Assembly: GCF_009914755.1 (NCBI RefSeq)
Contig: NC_060934.1
Strand: one strand, 5' to 3'
Length of the DNA stretch: 64,000 nucleotides
From: the human T2T-CHM13v2.0 reference genome, Homo sapiens
Part shown: piece after piece, positions 36,062-49,285 of the stretch
Layout of the letters: every line of letters starts with the position of its first letter
How positions within the stretch are numbered: the stretch's first letter is position 1
Position numbers and translations under genes: made by a program
Notes under the pieces: generated by a model
The model's input: only the letters and a program-made list of their open reading frames with translations
Databases searched by the model: none
What the model was told of the DNA's origin: nothing

Positions 36062-36371
36062 TACATAGCTCGAGGAGAAGGCTGGCTGCCCCACCCTAAT
36101 CTTATTATGTAAATGAACTTTCCCCTTGGCCCGTGCCATCTTGTCTGCTCCTTACTGTATACCTGGCTGGCAAAGAAGAGAAGATGGAGCTGCCATTTTG
36201 AACTTGACTGGTGCAGCTGTTGGCATCTGCGTCTGCAGCTCGACTTTACAGGCTGCTCTTTGTTAGAAATGAAAATGATTCGGGGCTGCCTTTCATTAAA
36301 AGGAAAAACTTACTGAGGACTTCGGTATCCTCACTATCAGCCAAAGTAATTTCTTCTTAACTCTTGTATCA
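36062..36371 (-). mobile_element. ERV1 LTR 5' part (MER51-family-like)
   Basis: Minus strand begins tgatacaagagttaagaagaaattactttggctgatagtgaggataccgaagtcctcagtaag...ctaacaaagagcagcctgtaaagtcgagctgcagac. Confidence 0.75.
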
Positions 36372-37583
36372 ATAATGATGGGAAACTTGGATCTGCACAA
36401 CAAAATGGCCAGCATTGTAAATGAAATAAATGAATATAAAAGTCATTTTTTTAAATTTGTAATTGCTCTAAAAGATAACTGGTTATTTAGAGCTAAAATA
36501 ATGGCAGTTAATTTTGTGTTTTTAATGTATGTAAATGTAAAATATGTAGTAATAATGGCACAATGTATGAAACAGAAGACTTGGGAATATACTGCTATGA
36601 GCTCTTAAACTACATGTGGAGTGGCACAATGTTATTTGGAGGTTGATTCACATTGTTTAGAAACACTAAAAAAATTCTTGAGCAGGAAGGATGTGTGTAT
36701 TTATAACATATATTAAATATTTGACAGCGATGACACAAATATAGGAAGACTTGAGACTACATAATTGTATGGTTCTAAAATTACATATTAAAACTATATA
36801 ACATTATATGAAGGTAATCTTCAAATTAATAAAGATATATAATTTAAATCCTAGGAAAGCTACTAAAATTTTTTAAAAGGTTTTAATGATAAGTAAGTAG
36901 CAGAGATAAAATGGAATCATAATATATTTAAATAATGCAAGAAAAGACAGAAAAAGAAGGAAATAGAAACAAAATTGAATGGAACACATACACAAACAAA
37001 TGGCAGATTTTAGTTTAATTTTTATCAATAATTATATTAAATGTGAATAGTAAACATACTATTGAAAAGGAGAAATCATAAAATTGGAAAGAAAAGCAAG
37101 ACCACATAAATGTCATACACAATAATCCCATTTTAAATATAAAGAAATGTTTTCCAATTGTATTTCTTACAAAAAAGCTTCAGTTGAGAATATAGAAGGT
37201 TTCAACTCAAAATAAGACCAATAGCCCAATAAAACATGGGCAAAATATCTAAACAGACAGTCCACCAAAGATGATATATGAATAACAAATAAGCACATAG
37301 TAATATGATCAACATCATTAGTCACTGGAGAAACACAAATAAAAACCACAATGAGAGACCACTCTAAACCTACTAGAATGGCATAAATCAATAAGTAAAT
37401 AAAATTTAAAAATAATAGCAAATACTGGGAGTAAAAGGAGCAACTGGAACTCTCATACATCACTGGTAGGAATACAAAGTGATAGTCACTATGGAAAAGA
37501 AAATAGTTTGGCAGTTTTTCATAAAATTAAATATAAACATATGGTAATATGTTGCAGATATTCTACTCTTAATTATTAACAGG

Positions 37584-38036
37584 TGTGAACCCCAAAAATC
37601 TGAGACACGTCTCAGTTAATTTGAAAGTTAATTTTGCCAAGGTTGAGGATGCACACCCATGACACAGCTGCAGGGCATCCTAAAGACAGGTGTCCAAGGT
37701 GGTCAGAACCCAGTTTGGTTTTATACATTTTAGGGACACGAGACATCAATCAACATATGTAAGATGAACATTGGTTCAGTCTGGAAAGGCAGGACAACTA
37801 GAAGTGGGGAAGGGGACTTCTAAGTCATATGCAGATAAGAGACAAATGGTTGCATTTTTCTGAGTTTCTGATTAGCCTCTCCAAAGGAGGCAATCAGATA
37901 TGCATTTATCTCAGTGAGGAGAGGGGTGACTTTGAATAAAATAATTCAAAGCTTAGGCAGGTTTGGCTTAAGCAGTTCCCAGCTTGACTTCCTTTAGCTT
38001 AGTGATTTTGGAGCCCCAAGATATTTTTCTTTCACA
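37584..38036 (-). mobile_element. ERV1 solo LTR (MER4A1-like)
   Basis: Minus strand begins tgtgaaagaaaaatatcttggggctccaaaatcactaagctaaagg. Plus strand shows tgtgaaccccaaaaatctgagacac...ttttgccaaggttgagga...ggttttatacattttaggga. Confidence 0.9.
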
Positions 38037-38065
38037 TGGTAATCTACCCAAGATAACAGAAAGGT

Positions 38066-38069
<4 letters not shown>

Positions 38070-38107
<38 letters not shown>
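38070..38107. repeat. (CA)n microsatellite
   Basis: Visible run of about 18 units inside the L1M. Confidence 0.95.
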
Positions 38108-38108
<1 letters not shown>

Positions 38109-40944
38109 ACTGACACAAATGCCTACAGCAGCTTTATTCAAATGCGTCAAATTTTTAAAACACTTAGTAAATTTCAAGCAGTGAAGTATCATTGTATACC
38201 CATATAATGAAACACTACTGAGCCATTTAATAAAAAGGAAAATAAAGAGAGATAGTTAAGTAAAGAAGCAGTTCTTATACAATGATATGAATAAATCTTT
38301 AAAACATTTTGCTAGGTTGTAAAAAGCAAGAAGCAATAGTCTACTTCATATGATTTCTATTTGCAATGACCAAAATCACACAGAAAATAGACCAACAATG
38401 GCTAGAAGTGTGGGTATAGTGGGTTGCTGACTAAAATGGAGAAGCACAAAGAACTTCTTGGGGTTATACAACTGTTCTACATAAAATTGTGTTGGTAAAT
38501 ATCTAATTTCTGGTAGAGTTTTTTGGGTGTTTTCAAATGGTAGAACTATGTACCACAAATAATGAATTTAACTGTTTAAATTTTTTAAAAATCTACAAGG
38601 ATACGGAGGGAACTCAAGATAGAATGTAGATTGTAACAAATGATTCTGAGTTATCAATGAATAATCTCACTCCTTTGAAGAGGATGGACCTGAATAACCA
38701 TTTTCAAAGCTATTTTGATTGGATGCTGTAAGACTTAAGACAAAGAAAAATCACAAACACTGCGTGTGGTCGATAAACTTGTTTAAGAGCAGGCAAGTCT
38801 ATATGCACACTAGTGTTGAGTGACAGTTTCAGAGAAACCATAAGAGAAAGAAGTTACAAATAAGAGTGAAGACTAGAATAAATAAAACCTCCTTTGCTAG
38901 ATTGGAATCAGATGTTATTATGGCCTATTTAAAATATATATGCAAAAAGACAAAAATAATTATTTATATATATATGTGTGTGTGTGTGTGTGTTTGTGTG
39001 GGTTATTATACATTCATGCATTTCCTAGCTCTGTTTGTTGAAAGAATGCAGGAACTGTGACACCACAGTAGCATTGAAAACACCAAACACCTAGGCCCTA
39101 GTTTATAAATACCACACCCCAATAAAACAACTTACTAGGAAAAGTGATTGTTTTCAGGACAGATAGGCAAAACCCAATGTGACGTAGGAGCATCTTGTGG
39201 TACCTAAAAGAAAGCAAGCCTCTTCACCATGTGCCAGATAGAATGGGTACATATTGCAAGGAGCTAATCTGCAAAAACTACAACGGTCACAGCAAGAATA
39301 ATATTAGCAACATAAATAATGATAGTATTGGATCATAATCAAAGAATAATATAAATATCCATGAGTCCATGCTAATGTAAGTACATAACTGAATTAATAA
39401 ATAAGTATGAGTATTGGGAAACAGTTCTTTCTTACAAAATAATCTCAATTAATAAGTGTACTAAAATGAGAAAACTAGAAAATCACCATTACAGCATCAT
39501 AGAAATATTTGGTTTGGTTTTGAAATACATGGATTTAAGGTTTTTGAAATTGATAAGATGCAAAGGCTATTCACATAGTTTTGTACTATCCAGTGGCTCC
39601 AAAACACTCATTAATTACAGGAAAGTAGTTGTGGGGATAATACCCTCTCATATCATGCCCAGGGGTCTCATGAACTTTACATAATTAATCAGCTCTATCT
39701 GATTTCAAAAAATATCAAACTCAAATTGAAAAATATTCTACAAAATAGGTAACCAGTATTCTACAAAACTTTGGAGTTTATGAAAAGAAAAGTTTAAGAA
39801 AATGTTTCATATTGGGGGAGACTATGGAGACATGACAACTCTAAACATTTGGAATTCTGAATTTTATCTTGGTACAGAAGAAGGATTTTCATGTAAAACT
39901 GGGTGAAATCTGAGTAACTAGTTCAGTAAGTGGCATTCTCTCTGTTAACTTCTTAATTTTGGTAATTGTAAGATGGTTATATATAACACTAAAATTAGGA
40001 AATGTTGAATAAAGAACATCTGGGAATTTTTAGTACTATTTTGCAACTCTGTTCTAAGTCTAATAATCTCAACATAGAAAGTTAAAAATATATAAAGCAC
40101 AGTCTTATCATTTTTAGAAATTTTTAAAAAATAACTTATATAACATTCACTGTATTATGAAAAGTTAGGAAAGTAGGTGGGTAAGTGGAGATGGAAAATA
40201 GGTAAGTAATTAGGTTAGGCAAGGTGAGTTGGTTTGAACAGGTAAGTAGGAAGATAAGTCTGTAGAGATAGCTGGATTGAGCCTTTGGACCTTCATTCAT
40301 TCTACCACTCTCAAACCCCCTAACCACAGCCATAGTTCATCCATGTTTTAGACAAGATACAAAGTGGGGAGGGCCACAGTGAGACAGGTTAAGATTTGGG
40401 AACCTGAGTACATGGTAACTACTGGAAGGCAGAGTTAAGAACATCAACTACTGTGTTGAAACTGTCCATAAATGAAAGCATGCCAATAATGTGCTTTACA
40501 ACACAGTTTTCTCAATAATACATCCCCATAATCCCTAATTCTAGAACTCTGTATGGAACCCTAGACTTTACATAGTAATTCTTAGCCCCAAGGACTCTGT
40601 AATCTAGCTTCTAGAAATGTCCTTGACAACCAAGGTGCTCAATTGTTTCTATACAGAACTTAGCAGCAACCAGAATAAGAAGAGAGGGGGTTGTGGAAGG
40701 GAAGGAGGAAAGAAAGGGGAGAAAGAGAGAGATGGAGAAAGAGAGAGATGGGGAGAGAGAGACAGAAAGAAAATGAGCAATCAACATAACTGAAATGTTC
40801 CTTCAAGGACTCTGAACAACTGATTTTAGCAATCCTATTTGAAATGATTCCAGGAAATTTTAAACTTTAGCCAACAATAATTGCTTTTTAAAATGAGTAA
40901 TGATCCTGATGTATTACGTGCATTTGTAGAGTACATGTTGTCCA

Positions 40945-42066
40945 CTTTTTTCTTTTGCACAGCTTTATAGAGGTATGATTGACAAAATGATATATAAGGT
41001 GTACACTGTAATAATTTGACTATGAAATAATTACCATAACCAAGCTAATTAACATATCCATCACCACATAGTTACCCATTTTTTTTTTTTTTGGTGAGAA
41101 TACTTATGATTTCTCTTAGCAAGTTTCAAGTGTACAGTACATTCATTATTATTGACTGTAGTCACCATACTTTGCATTAGACCTCTAAAAATTATTCATC
41201 TTTTAACCGAAGGTTTGTACCCTTTGGCTAAAATCTTCCCATTTCTCCCACTCCCCCAGACCCTGGTAACCACCATACTACTCTGTTTTTATGGGTTCAA
41301 TATTTATACATTCCTAATGTTGATGATAATACGTAGTATTTCTCTTTCTGTGTCTGGTTTATTTCACTTAACATAATGTCCTGTATCACTCATGTTGTAT
41401 CAAGTGGTAGAATTTCCTCCTTTGTTAAGGCTGAATAATATTTCATTGCATATATACGCACATTTTCCTTTTCCATTCAACCACTGACGGACACTTAGGT
41501 GGTTGTTTTATCTTGGCTATTGTGACTAATACTTCAGTGTACATAGAACTGCAGATATAACTTTGAAATACTGATTTTATTTTTATTTTTGGATATATAC
41601 CCAAGAGTAGGATTGTTGTATCACATAGTAATTCTATTTTTACATTTTTCAGTTACTTCCATACTGTTTCCCATAATGGGTGAATCGATTTGTATTCCCA
41701 CCCAGAGTATACAAGTTTTTTTTTTTTTCCTACATCCTTGTGAATACTTGCTGTCTTTGACTTTTTGATAATAGGCATTCTAGCAATTTTGAGGTAATAT
41801 TTCACTGGGGTTTTATTTGAATTTCCCTGACAATTCATTATATTGAAATTTTTTTTCATATACCTGCTGGTAATTTGTACATCTTCTTTGGGAAAAATGT
41901 CTATTCAGGTTCTTTGCTCAGTTTTTAATTAGGCTGTTTGTTGTCTTGTTTTGTTGCTATTGTGTTACATTAATTCCTTATGTGTTTTGTATATTAATCC
42001 CTTATCAGATATATCATTTGCAAATATTTTTCCTTTTCCATAGGTTGCCTTTTCCTTTTGCTGATT
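40945..42066 (-). mobile_element. L1MA (L1MA8/9-like) 3' end, antisense
   Basis: cagctttatagaggtatgattgacaa...caagctaattaacatatccatcacc...ggtgagaatactta...ggctgaataatatttcattg...cccttatcagatatatcatttgcaaatatttt. Confidence 0.92.
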
Positions 42067-42069
42067 TAG

Positions 42070-42822
42070 TTTAATCTAGTTAAAGGCTTAAAACAAAGAG
42101 TTGAGACCCAAGTAAATAAAATCAGATAATGAAAGAGGAGACAATACAATGAATTAGAAATAAAAAGGATAATATGAAAATATTATTAACAATTGTAGGC
42201 CAATAAGTCCAATAAACTGGAAGAAACAGATAAATTTTTACTTATATACATCCTACCAAGACTGAATCATGAATGCATAGAAAATGTAAACAGACCAATA
42301 ACGACTAAGATTTAATCAATAATCAAACATCCACCAACAAAGAAAAGCCCAGGACCATATGGCTTCACTGGTGAATTTTACCAAACATTTAAAGACGACT
42401 TAATGCCATTCCTCATACTTTTTCAAAAAACTAAAGAGGGGGTAACATATCCAAACTCATTTTATGAAGCCAACACTACCCTGATACCAAAGCCAGATGA
42501 AGATACTACAAAAATAATATTTTAGGCCAGTATCTCTTGTGAACATAGATGCAAAATTTCTCAACAAAGTATTACCAAACAATTCAACAGCACATTAAAA
42601 GTTCATACATCATGATCATGTGGGATTTATCTTTAGGATACAAGGATGGTTCAACATACAAATCAATAGATGTGATTCACCATATTAACATAATTAAAAA
42701 TATAAATCATATGATTATCTCAACAGATACAGATAAAGCTTTTTAACAAAATTCAGCACCCTTTCATGATAAGAACTATCAATAATTTAGGTGTAGAAGG
42801 AATGCACCTCCACATCATAAGG
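42070..42822 (+). mobile_element. L1M ORF2 fragment (RT N-terminal region), sense; possibly the inverted 5' part of the adjacent L1MA
   Basis: aaataaaatcagataatgaaagaggagac...aagaaaagcccaggaccatatggcttcactggtgaattttaccaaacatttaaag...gaacatagatgcaaaatttctcaacaaa. Confidence 0.88.
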
Positions 42823-43630
42823 AACTCTTTTTTAATATATATTTTTTTCTTCCATTTTTTAAAATATCACAGGCCCTACTGTGGTAACTTTGAGGAACAT
42901 AGGTAAGTTTCTTATGAGCCATTTACCTGTTTGATCATCATACAATAAAAAATAAGTCAAAGAGAAGTCAAAATAGAAACTATTTGAATGTTGTGTAAGT
43001 TAGTAAAAGTTATCAACTCACTGGCCATTTCTCTAAACATTCAAAGAAAGAGCCTGGATAAAGAGAATGAAGTAAAGGTGCTTATATCAAAGAAAGAATG
43101 AAGTTAAATGTATACATTGAACATGTTGGCCTCACCTTTACAAGGTGGTCACAAGCCATCTAAACAGAATCAATGAAGCAGAAATGGAAGATCTGGTACT
43201 TAAGAACTCTATCTCCTCTCAAATGCACATCTTTTACTAATAGTATTTTCCTTTTGTGTAATTTACCATAACTGAGTCACCTGGAAACCCATAGTTGCAA
43301 GGAAAACTATAAAAGGGGCAATAACATTAATGCAATTAACACTACCCACCCTGCCACCCTCTTGCCCAGAAAAGAAAAAAAATTACTGTCAAGAAGAAGC
43401 ACTGTTAGGTAGAAGGACTACTGGGTAGACTATAACCAAGAGTGTCTTCCAAAGCTATTTATTTTGGCTGAATCTTTTCATCCTTCTAAGACTGTTTCTG
43501 AAAGAGACACCAATATGCAAATTGTAGTCATGTCATGAACCCTCATACTATCTCTCTTTAAAGATTAGGTATGTGCTCCCATCCTAGTTATCCGATTGAA
43601 TCAATCAGTGTTAAAATAAGCTATCTGAGT

Positions 43631-43857
43631 CAGCTTTCCTAAATGTGCTTCACTGAAGATTAGTCCTAAAATAAAGCCTAAGAGAAAGACATTGTTGCTG
43701 TAAACTATATCGGGGATTCTCTTACACACAGTGATATGTTAAAGGCTCTGAACAAGTTCTGTTGTTAAAAATATTTAATACGATGTTTTCCAAATGACAA
43801 AACATAGTTTGTGTAATACATGTTACCATTTCCTGTAATTAATTTGGACAATATTGA
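43631..43857. mobile_element. MER117-like hAT DNA transposon relic
   Basis: cagctttcctaaatgtgcttcactgaagattagt...ttaaaggctctgaacaagttctg...tttggacaatattg. Confidence 0.55.
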
Positions 43858-43926
43858 TTAAACGATTTTCCTTCTCTCATAAACTTGGAAAACCAATCCT
43901 GATTTTCTACAGAGATGTTTTCCAAT

Positions 43927-43980
43927 AAATCCACTGATATTTCAGTGGATTTCTAACAGTGCTCATTTCTAACAGTGCTG
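43927..43980. repeat. Perfect 11-bp inverted repeat followed by a 16-bp tandem duplication
   Basis: aaatccactga-tatt-tcagtggattt (43927-43952); atttctaacagtgctc / atttctaacagtgctg (43949-43980). Confidence 0.9.
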
Positions 43981-44903
43981 CTCTTCAAAATTGTTCATGT
44001 TTTTCATTATTTTTTAGTTCAGGCAATTGTATGAGGTTGGAATGAAAAAGGGAAATTGCTCTTTTCTAGTTAACAAGTCTCTGGCAGAAACCAATAGGTT
44101 TTACCAGGTAAACAAATTTAAAAATAGGATGTCTTGAAAAATGGAAAAAGCAAATAATATGTGATAACATTGAGAGAGATTAAGAAAAATTGGAAGCAAT
44201 TTTTGGTGTGATTATTCAAATAAAAATTTCATTAATTCATTGTAAATACAGCCCTGCTTTATACCATAGCTGTGTTTCCAGGAAAGAGAGAGGCCATAGA
44301 CTTAATATTTATGATGGTATTTCATTTTATTTTATGCATTTCTCCCTCCTCCCATCCTACTTTAACTTTTATTGAATACTGGCCTCAAGTAGTTGAACCC
44401 AAGCTAAGTCAAAGTCTAAATCTAAAGACAGGCTACGTCTTGGCGTTCAGTAATATTGATCCTAGTGCTCATGTCTTACATGTTAGCAGACAAACTCCAC
44501 ATTTCAAGGGGTGAGGGAGGTGGGTAATGTGATCATTAGATGGTGCACATAAGGAATGATCACAGTCTAAACAGGCCAGTTAGACAAACACTTGGTTCAA
44601 ATAGGAAAATGAGAAAGTACTAAGAAACTAACACAATCACCACAAAAATCCCCTCACACTCCAAAGACTCTGAAGAAGACATAACTTTGATGTCTGATGA
44701 ATTATCCAACAGTAATAGGTTTTGATAATTCACAATGAAATGCCAGAACTTTTCACCATGATTGGTAACCTTCTCCCCACAAATACTAAATTCAAACCCA
44801 TTGGCTGTCAAGAGAGTCAAAGTCTTATGACCTAGCAGCATTTTACTGTAAATCCTAACTGTAAAAAGACAGGCATATCTGAGCTTTAGAGCTCATATTT
44901 CTT

Positions 44904-44906
<3 letters not shown>

Positions 44907-44958
<52 letters not shown>

Positions 44959-45008
44959 CAGAGAGAGAGAGAGAGACAAAGAGTGAGAAAGAGAGAGAGA
45001 GAGAGAGA
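44907..45008. repeat. Compound (CA)n(GA)n microsatellite
   Basis: Directly visible. Confidence 0.95.
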
Positions 45009-46255
45009 CGCTTGCCTTGTTTTCCCTCTTTCTCTGATGGGGTGCATCCTCAGCTTAACACTGAATGTTCTAGGCTAAGAGGACAGCACAAACGGGTGGA
45101 AAATCTGGAGCCTCAGAGAAGTCTAGTGAACATGTCTGAAAGGGAAATCCTGCAAGTAATTTAATGTAATTCTTACTCAGAAGTGGCCAACATTCTTGTT
45201 CAATTCCATTTTATGAGAATTTCCACGTTCATGCAGATGCATCTAAATGTTATCAAATGCAGGCTTAGAGTATCAATATCTTGGTAAACTCTCTTCCATA
45301 TTTTAGGTCTTCCACATCTATTCCTTCCACAAAGTTTCCCCTTGCACTCTTAGTCCTTGCCTCAAAGAAGTTAACAGACTTATCCGAGAATGCACAGCTA
45401 TTAATTAGCAGAGCTCAGATTTGAACAAAGGTCTATCTAACTCCAAATTCATCAAGGCTCTGAACTCTCTGTAACAGCAGTTACATTCTGACTCTCTCAT
45501 AGTAGGAGGTGGACTTGCAAATCCCAGTCCAGATGGTCCTAGTGTAGGCTCCACACCATTAAAGACTTCATTTCTGTCATCTGCAGAGAGAATACCGGGA
45601 TTGTTGGTCACACTCTGGTTAGTAAAATCCATGTACTTTCACATAATCTCAACTTTTTAGCCTAGAATCATGGAAATATTGGTGAAGTAAGTGGAAGAAC
45701 ACTGTGCAGAAGATTTGAAGAAAAAAAGTAATTGAAGAAAAAAGTAATTGAAGTATCTCACAGTAACATCTCCACAGACGACCAGCTAGTGGCTTTATGT
45801 GCAGTTTCAAACCAACATTTTGGACATGCCCCAAGCAAGTGATTCTATAAAGCGAGGTTCAAAGTCCAGTCAAATGTATGATGCAGCTTACACATTGACT
45901 TTACCGTGACATGTTTGTGTGAGTAAAGCATCGGGAAAACAACTCCTCTTGCATTTATTTCTGACAAGCGCTAGCTATTTTCTGGAAGGCACAAGATGCT
46001 AGAAGATCTTTCTTCAAAAGAAAATACAATTTCTTTTCTGCTTAGGGTGCCTAAAGCCGCTCCTTAGGCCTGGATCTAGCGTCAAAGCACACTTTAAATC
46101 AAAATCTACAGAGGACTTTTTATCTTTTGCACATTCTAGGGAAGTTAGCTGTTAGATTTGCAAATTAAAACATAACTAGAGTGAGGATTTAAACAATTTA
46201 CTCAGAAATGTACTCAGAAATTTGATACTGTTGCTGCCATCAAATTTGCTGTCTC

Positions 46256-46563
46256 TGCTGGGCATAGTGGCTCATGCTGGTAATCCTATCACTTTGGGAG
46301 GCTGAGGCAGGAGGACCACTTGAGCTGAGGCATTTGAGACCAGCCTGGTCAACATGGTGAGACCCTGTGTCTACAAAAACAAACAAAAAAATAGCTAGGC
46401 ATGATGTTACACCCCTGTAGTCCTAGCTACTCAGGAAGCTGAGGTGGGAGGATCTCTTGAGCCCAGGAGGTCAAGGTTATGGTGACATATGGTAGTGCTA
46501 CTGTGCTCCAGCCTGGGTGACAAAATGAGACCTTGTCTCAAAACAAAACAAAACAAAAAAAAA
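46256..46563 (+). mobile_element. AluJ-type element
   Basis: gctgggcatagtggctcatgc...ggaggaccacttgagc...ggtgggaggatctcttgagcccaggaggtcaagg (J diagnostics)...ttgtctcaaaacaaaac. Degenerate TSD ttgctgtctc / ttgctgtttc. Confidence 0.95.
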
Positions 46564-47199
46564 CACTCACAAGAAACCATTGCTGTTTCATAGAAAAATG
46601 ACTTAGCAGAAAATTTCCATAATACTTTCAATTCTTCATCATCCCTCCAGCACCACCTCACTTAATCTTTACCGTAACACTCGATGCATCCATTAATTAA
46701 CCTTCAGAAGAATTGAAGTGCTCTGAGGATACTTTTAAACAAAAAAAATGTGTGGATCAAACCAGTCTTCTCAGTGGTGAATTGTAGCTCAGTATTCCAA
46801 TTGTGCTGTTTCATGACCATTTTGCTCTAAAGCTTTCTCACTGAACTTCAGAACCAGCTCACAAGTTCTCTTCCCTATCCTGAAGGAACTCCTCTCACCT
46901 GTAAACTCACATAACCCTTTGTTTATTCTTGTCTTGTGTCATTGATAATCTGCCTTTCTTTAGAAAACCTTATTCTAACAGCCTACAGATTCCATGAAAA
47001 GATACTGGACTTTATTCATCTTTGTGACCTCCTCCATATCTAGAAAGAACCTGACTCATATAATATATTCTTACTAAATATGAATATGTTTCCAAAACCC
47101 AGTACTTTGACAGCTAGTTCCATTTAAATGATCAAACACTACCTAAACATTCTGAAAAGTAAAAAAATAAAGAAAAGGAATAATAAAAGTTTAAACTTC

Positions 47200-47400
47200 A
47201 GTATTAAATGGACTTAGACTCAGATTCAGCTCTGAAAATTACTACCTGAAACACACAATGGGCAATGTTTGCAGGCTCATTAAATTTCATATTTTCCTTT
47301 TGTGAAAGGGGGATATTAATGCAACATAATTCTCAGGGTTATTGGGAAGAAACACAATGCCTGCCATTATAATAAATGACTAATAAATGTTCACTATTTA
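47200..47400 (+). mobile_element. MIR fragment
   Basis: ctcagattcagctctgaaaattactacctg...gggcaatg...tgtgaaagggggatattaatg...aataaatgttcacta. Confidence 0.6.
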
Positions 47401-49134
47401 TATTTGGCTAAATGTATCAGGGCATCCTCTCACTCTCCCCCCATCTCCTCTGCAAATTGAGCACTTTTGCTTCCAATCGAGATCGCTAATGTTCAGCAGC
47501 CACCCCTGCCTTTTTCAGTGACAACCACCTCTGTTGAATTCCTCCCAAGGTTACTAACAGCTCAAGCAAAGAATGTTGGGATATCAAATATTCTGCAAAT
47601 ATTCAAACCACCTCTTGAGTAAATCCCAGTCCCTGTGAATGAACCTCCCTTAAGCAGCATTTATTTGAGAGAGTGGGCTGATTTGAGCTTCCTTGGGGAG
47701 ATACAAAATTGAGAGAATGGAAAGGGATTTTAATTGCAGAAAACACACGCAGAGCTTCAAAAACAGATGCCAGAGTCCTTCAAAGCTGTTTATGCTTCTT
47801 TACACATTCATTTACTTTACCAAAATTTTACTTTTGGCAAATTCAGGACTTTTCCACTGTACTGAGCAAGCATTTAAAACAACTGTTTCTACGGTAAGCA
47901 AAAGTCAGCAGAGGAGGAAAGAATGCAGAGGAAAAATTGCTGAAGTCTTCCTACAAACTGGAGGATCAGGACCAATACATACTGCTTATATAAAAGTTGT
48001 GACCCACAGGGTTCATGCCTGGAACCCTTTAATGAGGCCATTAAAGACACATAATCCAGATATACTAAAGTAATTACACAAAATGACTTGAGTCTCTTCA
48101 TATACATATTTTAAAACCTACTACAATAACTCTTCCTCCACTCTCCTTAAAACCCCATTGAAAACCTACTAGCCCTATAAAAATACGTAGCTTTCATAAC
48201 TCTAGGTACCAGTGAAAAATATTAGACAGAGATCGCTATCATTATTTTACTTTATTCCTATTGTCTTCCTCCCTTTCCCCTTCTCCAGATGCTTCCTAGG
48301 AACATGAGGGAAGAAAAGAGATTGAGAGAAACAAAAAATTCCTCTGTAAACATCATGGGAAAATAGGAAAGGCAAATTCTGAAAATGTCATATTAATAAA
48401 TCTTTTTCAGCACATAAAATTAAAATGTAATACTTGACTAATATTGGGATATTTTTATTGCCTTGTTATCAACTTTCCTCTTGGTCCAGCAACAGATTAC
48501 CTACAAACACTCACATGTATTAAAAATTATTTGTCTTTCTTCTTTTAAATTTTATCTCAACTTCCTTTCAAATAGTAGTACCTGAGACTTAGAAGTCTTT
48601 ACCCTAATTTAATGCTGACCTACCAAGAGGATATATGAGTTTCAACTTAGAGAATAAACAAGTGTTGGGGGGTTGTAAAAGTTTTCTTTTTACGGAAGTG
48701 CTGATAGTTGGTTAAAGAACACTAGTGAACCATTTATTTTAACAGCTTTTCATTTCCTGTTTCGGTTTGTAATACCTGTGAGACTTAGAAAGTAAGTGCT
48801 ATCCTAGACAAGTTTCATTTGGTAAACATTGATCCATTTGCTTTTATTCTGATTAGAGCTGAAATAAACTGTTCTCTCTCCCTATTTTCATTCTGTGTCA
48901 TCCCAGTTGGAAGTCCTGAGCTGAGCCATGGCTTTCGTTCAAAGTGCTTTCAGCATAAGCACCGCAAGATCCTTAGGTGCCCCACTTTCTTATTTCAGCA
49001 AAGAACAAAAAGTGAAGGTTTGTGTTGCTTCCTCTTGCACGGAAAACAACAAGCCTATTTTAGAAAAGGAGAAAATCTAATCCTTTTGAGGTACCATATA
49101 ACTCTTGGATAAAGTGTTCTTAACAGTTTTCTGA

Positions 49135-49285
49135 CAGACCTCACTTCAAATCATGGGATGATCATCTGACCTTGAGCAACTGACCTCATTTCATCGGACC
49201 AGTTTCTCCATCAGAAAAATAAAATTAACAATAGTACTCTCTTCAGAGCATCATTATGAGGATTCAATATAACAGTGTTTAATAA
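49135..49285 (+). mobile_element. MIR fragment
   Basis: tgaccttgagcaactgacctcatttcatcggaccagtttctccatcagaaaaat...tgaggattcaat. Confidence 0.7.

Larger units (their letters stand above)
35400..40090 (+). mobile_element. Patchwork of old L1M (L1MC/L1MD/L1ME-like) fragments
   Basis: Diverged ORF1-like piece (gaatcagatatgacatagatgttggaacc...aatatgctaaaggttctaaaggagaag) and ORF2 end (atgggcaaaatatctaaacagacagtccaccaaagatgatata...aaaaccacaatgagagaccac). 3' UTR ends ...ttttgcaactctgttctaagtctaataatctcaacatagaaag. Confidence 0.7.
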
